A DNA stretch of 63,550 bases, filler included, from Hyphochytrium catenoides (Eukaryota; Protista; Hyphochytriomycota), in assembly GCA_900088475.1 (NCBI GenBank). It is 10 parts of 10 records of this genome, joined end to end, with 100 filler letters (N's around TTAATTAATTAA, not from the genome) between each part and the next. Parts side by side here need not be neighbours in the genome. Positions count along the whole stretch, not along the records: positions 1 to 19,216 come from FLMG01002236.1; 9 more parts are not named here. One strand, written 5' to 3'. This document shows, piece after piece, positions 1 through 12,722 of the stretch (position 1 is its first letter; each line of letters starts with the position of its first letter). The position numbers and the translations under genes were made by a program. The notes beneath the pieces were generated by a model. The model did not search any database and was not told where the DNA came from. It saw only the letters and a list, made by a program, of their open reading frames with translations.

Positions 1-15
1 CCCCTCTTCTTCCCC

Positions 16-65
<50 letters not shown>

Positions 66-493
66 TTCTCTCTCTCTCTTTCTTTCTCTAACTCTCTCTT
101 TCTTCCTCCTGCTCTTCTGCCTCACTTTGTTTCCTTGCACTCTCACTCTGTCTCTTGTTGTCCACCCCGACGAGACCGTCATTCTGGGTCTTCGCTGCTG
201 TTCCTCTAACCAAACCTATCTCCTTCGGTCAGTCGACAGGCCCCCTTCCCCAAGCAAAGACACAGGAGACGGTCAAAGTCTCTCAATAGCAGAACAAAAG
301 AGACTGTCCTAGGAAAGGAGAGAGAAGTAAAAAAAGAGAGAGAGAGAAAGACAGAGAGTAGAAAGTGGGCCCGAAGCTGCGACTACCATTTTCTCTCTGC
401 ACGCCGCTAGTGCGCCCCGACGATTCTCACTCAGCTTTTTCCTCAGCTCGCTACAAGTGAAGACACAAAGAGAGCGAGAGGGAGAAAAGAGAA

Positions 494-528
<35 letters not shown>

Positions 529-583
529 AGAAGTGGTGAGTCTTCCCCGATAACGTCAGTCAGCTGTCATTGCCTTTCAAGCT

Positions 584-1036
584 ATGGAGTTTGAAGGCCT
601 ACCCGCAGAGGCTTCTGTGGATCCATTCTGCCAGGACTGTGTTAAAAGAAACACTGAGCTCTACGATTATAGGGGAGAAGGGTGGGCAAATGGCAGGGGA
701 AACTCTCTCTGGGCGCAGCGTTGGGTTCCCAAGCAGCCCAAGGCGCTGATGTTCATGTGCCACGGCTATTCGGACCATCTGCATGGTGCTGTGGGCGATC
801 TCTGCCCTAGGCTGGCCGAGAAGGGCTATGGTAAGGCTGTCTCTAGCTCCGATGATGTCTCTCCGATGACATCGCCGCCCTGGCTTCCGCCTTTCTACCT
901 CTGTACGCGTGTTATTTGGCCTGAGGAAAGAGATCTGCGGTTGACGTTTCTTCGGACTGCTTCTTCCTTTTCTGAGTGCCCTGCTCTGTTTTACTCCGTC
1001 TATCTCAGCGCATTTGACACTCTTTCTCTCTCTTGC

Positions 1037-1069
<33 letters not shown>

Positions 1070-1585
1070 TTTGTGTGTGTGTGTGTCTCCCCTGACCTCT
1101 CCTTTACTTATTCACTGTCTCTCTCACACACGCAGCCGTCTTTGGCATTGAGTACGAGGGTTGCGGCCGGTCGACCGGTGTCCGGTCTTATCACGAGGAC
1201 TTCAAAGCCCTGGTGGAGGACAACTATCGCTTCTTCAAGGACTGTCAGAACGAGTTTCCCGGACTAAAGTCTTTCTTTTATGGAGAGAGCATGGGTAAGG
1301 AGAGCCAATGAGTGACGAGGAACAAGTGGAAAAGGGACATGGAGAAGGGATTAGGATGATGGGGAAAGAGGAGAAGATTAAAGGTTCATAATGGACGCGA
1401 CATCTTCTGGGAAGAGGAAGGGTAAGGAAGATTCAGGAGTCGTGCAAGATTAGAGATATATGTGCATATATAAGGACAAAGCCAAGAGAGAGAAGGGAGA
1501 GAGAGAGAGAGAGAGAGAGGAAGAAAGAAAGGGAGAGAGTGAGAGAAAGAGAGAAGGGAGAGAGAGAGAGAGGAAGAAAGAAAGG

Positions 1586-1617
<32 letters not shown>

Positions 1618-1990
1618 GAGATAGAGAGGGGGAGAAAGAGAAAGTTCAGCGCAGCTCCGTGAAGGGAAAGAGACCAGGAGAGAGGGTGGGGGAAGGGGAT
1701 ATGAGACAGAAGGGTAAGGAGGGGAAAGATAGAGGAAGATAGAGGAGATGGCGGAGTCTCACCTTCTGTACGGTGCTAGGCGGTGCCGTCGTGATCCACA
1801 TGCTCATGAACCATCCAGACGAGTTTGATGGGGCGTGCCTGATCGCGCCCATGGTGAAGATCTCAGAGAAGACGAAGCCACCAGAGCTTGTAATCAAATT
1901 CTTGAAAAAGCTTGCCAATGTCTTCCCACAGGCGGCCATCACTCCCACAGCGTGAGTTCGGAGACCCCTCTCTATCTTTTCTTTCTCTCT

Positions 1991-2034
<44 letters not shown>

Positions 2035-2481
2035 ATATACATGTACTTACATATATATTCTCGTTCCCTGATTGGTATCTGCCATACATATTGTGGTTTC
2101 TGGTACTTCCTGGTCGACTTCGCTCTTCTTGGCGAGCTCCTCGATCTTTCCACATCAGCCATTCCTGGTAGCACTGGTTATCTCTCTCTCTCTCTCTCTC
2201 TCTTCTTCGCTTTCTCTCGGGTAGTTCGATTGACAACGCCATTGTTCCCGTCTGCCCCCGTCAGCGATGTCATCGACCACAGCTATAAACTGCCAGAGAA
2301 GCGTTCGAAGGTGCGCAGCTCTCCGTACGCCTACAACTCTCGTCCAAGGCTGCGCACGGCGTGTGAGCTTCTTGATGCGACAATCCATATTGAGAAAAAT
2401 ATGGAGCTCATGACGACTCCCTTCGTTATATTGCACGGTACGGTTGCATGTATTCATTCTCTTCGTTCTCCTCTTCCTTCA

Positions 2482-2513
<32 letters not shown>

Positions 2514-2996
2514 TTTGTTTTCCTACCGCGCTCTTTCCTTCTCTCCTTTCTTACTTTGTCACATGTCACTCTTCTTGCACTCCTTGTGTTAGTTGCCTAG
2601 ACTTCAGCTCCCCTGCTCGGCTGCGGATGTTCTCTTCCGTGTGGCCTTTCTTGCCCTTTCAGCCGGTTACATGTCTTCTCTCCTTCATGTGCCTAACTGG
2701 CGATGATGCCTATGTCTTCTTCTTACCTCCCTTTATGCACCCCCCTTCTCTCTTCCTGCATCACTGTCTCTCTCTCTGTTTCTCTTTCCATCTCCCGCCG
2801 GTCACTAGGACTGGAGGACACTGTTAATGCCATTGAAGGCAGTAGGGAGTTGTTTGAGAGGGCGAAAACCACTGACAAGTCCTTGAAAGAGTACGAAGGA
2901 TGCTGGCATGCTATCTTAGGCGGAGAGCCTGATGAGACAATTGATAAGGTCTTCAACGACATGGTGGAATGGCTAGATGCGCGTGCCTCGAAATAG
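584..2996 (+). CDS. Monoacylglycerol lipase / lysophospholipase-like alpha/beta hydrolase (Hydrolase_4 family), 5 exons
   Basis: GT-AG exons 584-830, 1136-1294, 1780-1951, 2265-2437 and 2809-2996 splice in frame. Motifs: CHGYSDH, FGIEYEGCGRSTG, nucleophile elbow GESMGG (split by intron 2), LIAPM, ILHGLED and YEGCWH (catalytic His). Confidence 0.92.
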
Positions 2997-4091
2997 GCCT
3001 CTCTCCGCGCCTTGACTAGGGCACACTCTCTCTGTGTGTCTCTCTCTCTCTCTCGCTTCTACTTCCCTGCATTCCTACGAGCCAAACACCTATGTATAAG
3101 TGCTCTCATGTTATGCCTCACCTGCAGGCACCACCATCAGTTTTGACTAGTCTGCGCAGGATATAACTCTATAATCCATGCATTTATTAGAGAATAGAAG
3201 CCAGGCAGACATCTTTTGAAGGTGCTGACCATTTACTCTTTTAGACGGTGAAGACGATAGCTTCTACCGCCGAGTCTTCTATTGAGCTCCCTAAACAGTG
3301 CTTCCCTTCCCTCCCTTGCACCAAGCTTCACTTACGCCCCTAATCACTGCAAAGAGAGAATGTAGTCGAAGTTAGTCTGTAGGCAAGTGCGATGACAGAG
3401 CTTCGTCAAAGAACTGAAGAGATCTGAGAAAAGCTTAAAAAAAAAATCTCCCAGATTCTTTCCCACACCGCGCCACTTATTATGGGTCTGACCTAAGTGG
3501 GTCGTCCAGATACCCGATTTGTTTGGAGATCATGGCTCAACCTCATTGGACTACACATCCCCTTATAAAACTAGTATCATATGGATAGTTCTACCCACCT
3601 GGAAACTCAGGTAAGGCCCGGTGGTTGCGGTCGTGGTGTGTCATTCTTCAGCGAAAACATTAAGGGAGTTTGACAGATTATTGTAGGTTGCGCAAGGTTG
3701 AAGGGTCAAAACCCAAATGTGGGTAACCATGGTTTCTTTTNNNNNNNNNNNNNNNNNNNNNNNNNNNNNNNNNNNNNNNNNNNNNNNNNNNNNNNNNNNN
3801 NNNNNNNNNNNNNNNNNNNNNNNNNNNNNNNNNNNNNNAGGAAGAAAAATGAGTGCAACGACACTTTCTAGGAGCTATCGGCAGTGCGATATTCAGAGAC
3901 TCAGAAAGGAACGAGCCTTCTAGTAAGAGACTCTGCTCTTCCCTTCGTTCCGTCTCTCTCCTGCTCGTTTCCCCCAAGAAAGCGGGATAACGTGGCATCG
4001 CTTCACTAGCCAGCTCCTTTCTGACTTCAGACCTTAGCTTCCAGCAGCCCCTTGGAAGGGTTGGGTAGGGATGACGGACACGAAGGTGAAG

Positions 4092-4860
4092 ATGGACGCG
4101 CTCAGCGACGCGCAGCAGCCGCTGATCCCGCCGCAGAATGAAGCTCCAAGTCTCTACTTTCCTTCGATGGAACACTGCTGCTTGGGGTGCTCTCTTCAAC
4201 AAGGTGCGATTGGCTGAAAGAAGGAAAGGTTAGATTCTAGAAATAGATAGATAGAGAGAGAGAGAGAGAGACAACGGGTGCCAGAGAGAGAGAAGGAGAG
4301 AGCGAGAGAGGACATAAGGGGGTGTTCAAGCAAGGTAGAGGCGAGACTCACCTTGTTTCCCTCTATGTATCTACCTCTCAATCTCACCCATCTCTTCAAT
4401 TCGCCTTGCCACCCTGTGGCCTACATTCTCTATCTCTGTCTCTTCTCAATTGCTTTTTATCTACGCTCTCTTCCCTTGGGCTCCATATCTTGTCCGCACC
4501 TCNNNNNNNNNNNNNNNNNNNNNNNNNNNNNNNNNNNNNNNNNNNNNNNNNNNNNNNNNNNNNNNNNNNNNNNNNNNNNNNNNNNNNNNNNNNNNNNNNN
4601 NNNNNNNNNNNNNNNNNNNNNNNNNNNNNNNNNNNNNNNNNNNNCTCTCTTTTTTACCTGTCCGCCATCCTTTTCCCGCCATTGGACAGGCGTAAAGTCG
4701 ATGGCCATCGCGGACCTGACTATGGGCTTATGCCAGAGCATCGCGTCCATCTATCTCTTTACCGCAACATGGGACAAGGACGCACTCACTTCCTATAGGA
4801 AAGGCGCTTATTCGTACGTTTTTTTGGCTGATTTGCACCACTCGCTCCATCCCTTAGCCT

Positions 4861-4905
<45 letters not shown>

Positions 4906-5285
4906 CTTGTGCTGCTCTGTCTGCGGTCTCTAACTCTCTCTCCCCCGGTCCGCACAGCTTCGAGCCCAGCCTCACTGACTCACAAGTGGCACTTTGGAAT
5001 CCTTTCTTTCTCTTCGTTGGACTAGGGGCTTTCTCCTTTGGGATCGTAGGCGTCTACGCGTCTCTTCACTTTGATCTGTCTACGGCTCGCTTCTATGCAG
5101 CCTGGAAGATGATGAGCATCTTCATTTGCATCGTTATGATCATTGCTCAATGGTATGTCTCAGGAGTCATTGGACTGCTTCTCTCTCTCTACTTTCTCTG
5201 CGTCTCTTTCGCTTTCCAGGAGAGGATCCAGGCAGGGTTGTTGCCTAAGAAGTACTATGAGTACGCCACTACGGCTGATGTGTAG
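4092..5285 (+). CDS. Small four-transmembrane protein with N-terminal CCLGCSL motif (LAPTM/tetraspanning-like), 3 exons
   Basis: Exons 4092-4203, 4690-4813 and 4958-5285 join in frame: MDALSDAQQPLIP...MEHCCLGCSLQQGVKSMAIADLTMGLCQSIASIYLF... followed by three more hydrophobic helices and a KKYYEYATTADV tail. The N gap in intron 1 could hide sequence. Confidence 0.7.
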
Positions 5286-5816
5286 GCCGAGGGAGGGAGA
5301 GAGAGACAGAGAAAGGAGATATCAAAGTCAGACAGCGCGCGTGTCTGGATGTATAACACTATATGTTAGGTATCGAAGATCTCCTGTTTTCCTTGCTACC
5401 GCTCCTAAACCACCTTCTCCTTCTTAAAAGACAGAGGGAGAGAGAGGAGACAGAGAGAGAGAGAAGTAACGAGTTCTCTTAGACGGACTTCGCAGCCTCA
5501 CAAATAGTTAATAGTAAGGAGGTAGAGAGGAGGACACCCAACTCATGACAGCTGAGAGAGAGGTTACTAAGTCCAAGACGAGGCACTTGTGGCTGAGAGA
5601 GAGAGAGAGAGATCGGCAAACATCAGCTGACGTATGACCGGACGTTCAAGGAAATAGCCTGCCGCCCTCGCACCCTTACATTCTACCTTGAGAACATGTC
5701 AAAATCTCTTCCTCTCCAATTCTCTGAACATCGCCCGATCTCTCTCTCTTCTCTCCTGCCACACAGCACACCGCCATTTCCTCGCCCGCAATGACAGCTC
5801 CGCGACACTCCTTTTT

Positions 5817-8800
5817 TTAGCTGCATGTTCGAATCCCATCCTTTTTCTCTTCCGCAAGTGATCTGTCGACAGGGAAATTGCACAGCCTCGTAGCAAAAAA
5901 TAGTATTATTGATGCTCTGGCCAGGGAGTGGAGGCTGCCCTAGCCCCAACTCACCTAATAAAAGAAAAAGCGCTCTGACCTGCTGTTGGAGACATTGGAG
6001 CTTCCTCCCCCTGATCCTCCGTCGGTTGAGACTCTTCCTTTCTCTCTTCGGGTCTGTCTCCATTTCTTAAGTGTGCTATTCGCGAGGTCAGCGCTCCCCC
6101 TTGTTGCCAAGCTAGGGCAGAAAGCTTCTCCGCTCGGTTAACAAGCTGAGACCGCTCACTCTTCAGTCGTTCATAAAATGGATGCTGGGGATCCACATGC
6201 ACAGCATCCAAGCCATTCATTTCTAAGCTGTCAACTAGCCCATAGATCTGGCTAAGACGACTTTGAGCACGGGAGAGAGACTCTAGGTCAGCCGTTGGAG
6301 AGAGACAGAGCTCCTCCAGTTGATATATCTCCCTCTCAAAGTCATCTAGCCTCTGACGGAACCCTGATAATTGAAGGAAGACTGGATCCTTGTCAAGCGA
6401 AGGAAGATTGACAGCTTTTTCCTTCGCCCGGGGAGACAGAGTGGGCTGAAAAGAGCCGTGGCTGGCTCGTCGTGGAGAGAGAGAGGAGCTTATCTCTCCT
6501 CGTTTTGGAGATCTTGCGGGCCCTGCGGCGGGAGGAAGACTTTCTTGACCTGGCAGAGCATCTCTCTCATCTCCTGAAGGGTAAGATTGAAAAGTGGGAC
6601 CGTGGAGTTGATGGTGACGAACCATCCTGGGGGAAAACGAAGCCCTTTCTCCAGGTTTATGAGAAGATTGCGGAGCAGCGTGAACTATGGGAGAAGAATG
6701 GGCCATTGAAGATACAAACGGAAAAGAGGAAGAATGGATGGAAGACGGAGGAGAAGCACTAGATGCTTGGCAGGATAGATATTGGTGTCCAGAGGGAACA
6801 GGTGCTTGAGATGCTGGCGAAAAGGTTGTGCCGCCTCTCCCGCTACGTCCAGTGCTAAGTGAGAGCTCGGGGTTCTCAGGGTCTACGACCTCAGGTTGAT
6901 CAGTAGGAAGCGAGAAGGCTTGCGCTGATGCTGGAGTGGTGGCGGCGACAGGAGAGACTGCAGTGTGGTGGCTAGGGGCATAGTAGGCACTATCCTCTTT
7001 GCTACTCTGCGAGTGTAGAGTCTGACCTTTGTAAAGCTCCTCTCTCTCTTCTCCTTCTAGGTCTTCCCTCTGTCTTGGCTCGTGTTCTTCCCTTTCTTTA
7101 ACTTTCAACTCTTGTTTGCGCGTAGTCTCCAAGGGATGAGGAACATACCTTGCTCCTGGTACTCTTCTGAAAACAAAGTTCCTATATTCTCCGAAGGTAC
7201 AGGCAAGAATTTTGCCTATTTCATCCAGGGATAGAGAAGAAAGGTCTATCCCATTCAGCCTATGAAGGATGACGCCTGGCCGTACAGCTGGATGGAGCTC
7301 TAGATTTCCCTTTTGTCCATTAGGTAGAGGGGAGAACCGCTCAATAACCGCCATATCCTTGATATTTCTATCAAGCACTATTCCTAGGGGACCGGGAGGT
7401 ACGTCAATCTCTATAAAAATCTCTTGATATGGCTCCTCTGGGAGAAACAGGCCATAAGAAGGCGTGTGCGGTGAGCTTCCATGTGGGGAGAGGGTGGCCA
7501 ATGCGCCTGAGAGAAGGTCACTTCGCGCACTGTCCACACTCAGACCAGCGAACGCATCAGCTATCTTGTCCTCCTGTATAAAGCATACGACCAAGGTAGA
7601 AGATTGATGAAATAAGCTTAGCGGTTATAAGGGACACCGATGGGTATAAGTGGCGTATCTGAACCGACAGGGTTCTAGGAGAGGCACGGCCACAGAAAGC
7701 CCAGGCCCAAAGAGATATGAGATGCAGGACAGGAGACATAGAGTACAAGCCCCCACTTTTCACTTACCACTTGCACCACAACAGCCAGCGGCTGCTCAGG
7801 ATGAGGCCGCGAGACCGAGAAGGACGATACAGAGGGTAGACGTTCATCATCGTCTCCGGTTTGAACGGCGCTTGCTCTGGCGTTGAGAAAACCGAAGCCT
7901 GATGTGATGGGGGACTCTGGGTTGAGGGCAGATTGAGGAGAGGAAGGAAGATCCATTCTTAAACCTGGAGATGAAGGAGTGAGAAAGGAAAAGCCGGAGA
8001 CAAAGCCTCCGCTTCCCCGTCTGGGAGTGCTCCCCTCTTCTTTATCTACTGGTAGGGATAAGGATGCTGCTTGGTGGTGAGGTTGAGGGTCCATAGGCTG
8101 TGGCGACAAATTGGCAACTGGTTCGGAGGAAGAAGGGTAAGAGGTGGAAGAGTAATGGTTGCCATAGACGTCTTCGGCTTTAGAATCGCCGTAGTAAGCC
8201 TGTCCATCGCTGTCATCCCTAGCTTCCTCTGTCTCGAAGCCGTACGCCAACACATCGTCCACTACCTAAACGATGGGTTACGATACTTTAGACACCATGG
8301 ACAAGAGAGGCACCAAAAACGTTGAGAGTAGGGCAAAAGAGACGAAGGGAAGAAGGGCCCGATAGAGATCAGGTCTGCGCGGGCGACGCGGCGTCAACCG
8401 CTTTAAGGAAGTAGAAAAAGATAGCTACGGAGAGGCTTTGCTATGTATTCCCGCAACAAACCTTTGTCGCTCTAGAGCTAATCGCCGACTTTGCATCTGA
8501 TCTTAGAGCCTCGATAATCTCAATACGCTCAAAGAGCAAAAAGGCGAAGTCCCTAGCAAAGTCTGTGCGAAGGATCCCGTCAATCACTGAAAGAGCTTTG
8601 GCCCGAACCTGCAGGAGACGAGACACAAAAAAAAAATAAGCACGAAGGAAAAAGCGCTTTTGAGAATGAGGGTCTACGGAGGGTCTACGGAGCGTCCAAG
8701 GCGTTAGCAAGTATAGGAAATGACTATAGCGACTGGAAGTCCAAGAAGAAGCCTAGCAAACTGCAAGTACTGAGAAACTGACTTGCAGCAATTCGTACAA

Positions 8801-9466
8801 ATGAACAAGGACTCGAAAGCGCTATGAGAAGGAGAGAGAGTGCCCAATCCGCGGAAAGCGTTGAAGTGAATAAATCGTCACCTGCCAGACTCTGTCCTGG
8901 AGCTTGTCGAACAACAAGTCAGCCAAGGTCTGCAGACATAATAGGGAAAGGTGCAAAGCAAGGATCATTCGGGGTCAGGGGTGCATCTTGCGGAGGGCAA
9001 CAAATGGACATAAACGTAGATAGGAATGAGAGAGAGAAGAAGGGAGAGATGGATGAGAGAGGGTGAGAAAAGAAGAAGTTATAGAGTGGGGGGGAGAGAG
9101 AAGAGCCGAGGGGGCGGGGGAGGAAGGAGACAGAGAGAGCAGAGAACATTGGGAAAAGAGACCGTCGGGAGGAGAAAGAGAGCAAGTTAGCGTTGTCAGA
9201 GGAGCACGAGACAAAGAAAGGAGAGAAAGGGTGAGAGAAGCTGAGAAAATGCAAAGAGACGGCAGGGTGAAGACCGTCGAGGAAATGAAGGGAAATCGAC
9301 CTCTGGATCCATATTCCCAAGAGCCACAAGAAATCGACTGAGCCTCTCCCTTGGTGGGAACGATGAGGTCCCTCGCGATGAGCAAAGCTCGTGAATCCAT
9401 GCGCCCTCCCTGCAAACGGCATAGGCATGGGCCCATCTTAGAGACTAACAGGTCCATTGTGTCCAT
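5817..9466 (-). CDS. Tepsin-like VHS/ENTH-type N-terminal domain + PDZ + BAG-like helical domain protein
   Basis: Exons 9466-9450 (uncertain), 9409-9301, 8929-8882, 8608-8462, 8265-7768, 7573-5955 and 5820-5817 splice in frame. N-terminus EGAWIHELCSSRGTSSFPPRERLSRFL...LADLLFDKLQDRVWQVRAKALSVID resembles the tepsin VHS-like domain. PDZ: VPPGPLGIVL...LHRLNGIDLSSLSLDEIGKIL. BAG-like: LDAVHVD...LKSERSQLVNRAEKL. Confidence 0.75.
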
Positions 9467-11321
9467 GAAACTAAATATCAGGTGCCAAGTCGCTTGGTGG
9501 GTGGCGCAGTTATAACACCCGAGAAAGGGCCTTCAATGTAGTTCGCAAGAGCTTAAAAAGTCTGGAACTCGTTTTTTCGTGAACATTGAGTGAAAAGGGA
9601 CTAAAGCCACGAACTTGGTAGTAGGACACTCTACCTATCTACGGTGCGTGGCACGGAAGCTCCAGCTCGGGTTTGAGACTCGATAGCCTTCCACTTGTTC
9701 CTTTGTCGCTCATATTCAGACAGAGCAGGTGGGTTGATCATCCTTCACTCTTCAACGCCACCGACCAGGACTAAGATAGCGTGTGGCACCTCTTGTAAAT
9801 CACTCAACGTATGAATACTTCCTCGCAACTACCTGATGGTATACTGTACAAGCGGGTCTGCCACAGCAGAGAACCCTCCAAAGACCCTTCCAAGTTGTTA
9901 AGACCAAGAGGTGGACGCGCAACCGCATTGCATTTCTTGTCTTCCGGTGGTCTCCGTTTCCAGAAAGCGAAGATGCAGATGGAGATTTCGCGAATTCGCG
10001 AAGCGCCAAAAATACAGTGTGACAGGAATCAATGGAGGAGCACCAGGATAACTGAATTGTAATTAATCCTCTCAGCGCCCTCCTGATAATCAACACTGAA
10101 CAGCCCACCCATTTTTTGAGTGTTACGAACTCCGGAGTACTCCGGAGTATGAGTTTATGAGCTATGAGTTGCAAGGAGGTGATACGTGGGTGTTACGCTA
10201 CCAGTAATTGACACGAAAGGCCTACCCACCCCTGCCCGTTACAAGCACCTTGAAGACAGCCTATATTCGCAGTAGTAATAAACTCCTGACCGAGACCCCT
10301 ACTGATAACGTCGGCTATTTATAATAATACGACCCAGGTTCTGACTTGAGCCCCTATATAGTAGTATGCACCTGTTTCTATCTGCCTTAGACCTTGGTAT
10401 GCCCCATCACAGTAGTAGTAGTAATGTCCATTAGGATATCCGTTACTCCCTGTCCTCGTGTAGTTTGTCAACCAGTTGAAGGTCGAACTCCCAGCCAAAG
10501 ATGATGACTTTAGGTTATAAGGCAAGGGCTTCCGGTCTGATGGCTTGACCGGTGCGCGCGGCCCTGTCTGCTGGCCTCAGCCATCACTGAGACGCTGACA
10601 GGCTAATTAGAAGGGACTGAATGACAAGCAGTGAGAGGCGAGGATGACTACCGCACGAATAGGTAATGACGGCCTTTCTTGCCTTCCTTCGCATCACTCG
10701 AGGCTCGACTACCGGGAGAGGACGCCCCCAATGCCACAAGGCCATCGAGGTAGAGGAGGACGGATAGGAAGAGAAGAGGTGGGAAGGAAGAGAATAATAA
10801 AGGGGCAGTCAAGAAGAGAGACCGCACCCATAGAGTCCTTATGTAGTGCCAACAGCCTCTAGGGACTGGAGGCGAAAGGTCAAAGAAGTGGAAACGACAA
10901 CGCAGACCTTGCTTGAAAGAAAAGAAACGGAAAGTCATCGGGCAGCGGTTCCCTTCAGAATCCTTTTACTATTGCCTAGGGGCACTGCCAGCATATAGCA
11001 AACAAGGAGGTATTGCCATCTCACCCTGTAGAGTCAGTTAACCTTTGACAGCTTTGAACTTCTCAATATCTCTTCTCAGCTTTGTCTGTTCCACTGTCCT
11101 GCTTGACCTTGTTCCTGTCTCGTTCAGTGCCTGTCGTTTCTTCTTCCTCCGGGTCCCTTCCCGCTCTGTGGCTCTCTCTCTTTCTTCTCCATTGTCCTTG
11201 TGTCACTCTTTTGCTTCCCCCGCTTCAGAAAGGTAGCTCATTTTTCAAAAAATATCATCGCCTGCTGTGCAGAAGCTCCAACGACACCTTATGATAGCTT
11301 CTCCACTGTTTGGGCCTTGAG

Positions 11322-12524
11322 ATGCATCTCTTGCCGTCGCCCCTGCCATTGCCCCAGGCTATGACGAGTGCCAGTGACGTCGGAATGCCACTGTCTGCCG
11401 ATGTCAGTCTGCTACCTCTCCCTACAGGGGCAAAAAATACCCTGTATAAGACAGAGCATTGTAAACACTTTATGGAGACAGGAAGCTGCAGATATGGGAA
11501 TAAGTGCCAGTTTGCACACGGAGAACACGAACTTCGCAATGTTGCGCGCCATCCGAAGTATAAGACCACTCGCTGCAAAGCTTTCGCTTCCACTGGCCTT
11601 TGTCCTTATGGCGCTAGGTGCAGATTTTTGCATAACGAGGAGCCTACGGCCTTTGAAGACGAGATGGCCACCTCCTTTGGTCTGGTTCATCCTGCTCAGA
11701 CGTTTGATGTGCTAAATAGGAGCCTGCTCTTCAGTATTTGTAGAGAAGACGATGTAAAGAGAATACAGTCTTCGTCGTCTTCACAGGGCTCTTTATCCCC
11801 GCTTCTCCATCCCTGGACTGGGCCGTCTCTACCTACTCTTCGGAGCGAGTTTTTGGGGGATCTGAAAAACGTACCTGGCAAGAGACCTTCTCTGGAGCCT
11901 GCAGAGGATCCCATCCTTGAGCCTGGCACAGAAAGAAGGTCTTCCATCTCTCAAAGCGGTGCAGACATTCTCTGGAGTGCGGTCTCTCCATTGCCAAAGC
12001 AGGAAGGACAGACGGTTTTCTCAGTGCCTAGAGGTGAGCAGTTGGATATTGCCCTGAAGACAGACGAGATCCGTCCGCAAGCTGCAGGGGAGATCAGATC
12101 GGCCGAACACCCTTCAATATTGAATGTAGCCCTCCCTTTAAACCGAGAAACAGCCTTGAGAGCGGAAGAGGCATCTTCTCCTTACATTCAGGACTTGTGG
12201 CGAGGCTTTGATAGCTCTTTGCTAACATTTGTGGGCAAAGACCTTGCCCACTCCAGGGCAGGTGGCGGCAGTATCAATCCGGCGGGAGAAGGAAAAAGAT
12301 CTTGCTCCTCTACTTTCTTTAGCTCTTCACAAGGCGCTTCCGTAGTCCTCTCATCGTGCTCTTCCCCAAAGTTCACTAGCGCTGTCTTAGAGCCCTTGCC
12401 TACTCTTGGTTTTTCTGAAGCTGAAAGAATCTCCGACATACCCAAGCAGCAGGATGGGCAACTGAAGTCCTCCCGTCTGTCAATCTTTCAACACCTCTGC
12501 TGCGATGAAGGTGAGGCAGCGTGA
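11322..12524 (+). CDS. Tristetraprolin/TIS11-family tandem CCCH zinc-finger mRNA-decay protein, intronless
   Basis: LYKTEHC-x8-C-x5-C-x3-H and KYKTTRC-x8-C-x5-C-x3-H fingers with canonical spacing. C-terminal [10 protein letters not shown] matches the CNOT1-binding motif (RLPIFNRI type). Confidence 0.95.
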   Translation: MHLLPSPLPLPQAMTSASDVGMPLSADVSLLPLPTGAKNTLYKTEHCKHFMETGSCRYGNKCQFAHGEHELRNVARHPKYKTTRCKAFASTGLCPYGARCRFLHNEEPTAFEDEMATSFGLVHPAQTFDVLNRSLLFSICREDDVKRIQSSSSSQGSLSPLLHPWTGPSLPTLRSEFLGDLKNVPGKRPSLEPAEDPILEPGTERRSSISQSGADILWSAVSPLPKQEGQTVFSVPRGEQLDIALKTDEIRPQAAGEIRSAEHPSILNVALPLNRETALRAEEASSPYIQDLWRGFDSSLLTFVGKDLAHSRAGGGSINPAGEGKRSCSSTFFSSSQGASVVLSSCSSPKFTSAVLEPLPTLGFSEAERISDIPKQQDGQLKSSRLSIFQHLCCDEGEAA

Positions 12525-12658
12525 GGATAGGAGATAGATGAAAGCTCACCTGGAAGGACGGAAGAAGCGAAGTTCTTGGACTTCCCATTTCCTTTAATAT
12601 AACCTTTCCTGAGGGTCCTTGTCTCCCTTCTTCATCAAGTGATTGGAGAAGAAAGGCC

Positions 12659-12722
12659 ATTTATTTATTGCTTTTGTCGAGGGGAGATCTGCTTTCAATG
12701 TTTATCCCGTTGCATATTTATT
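12659..12722 (+). promoter_or_regulatory. AU-rich elements in the putative 3' UTR of the TTP-like gene
   Basis: ATTTATTTATT at 12659-12669 (contains the TTATTTATT nonamer) and TATTTATT at 12715-12722, about 135-200 nt after the stop codon. Confidence 0.6.
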
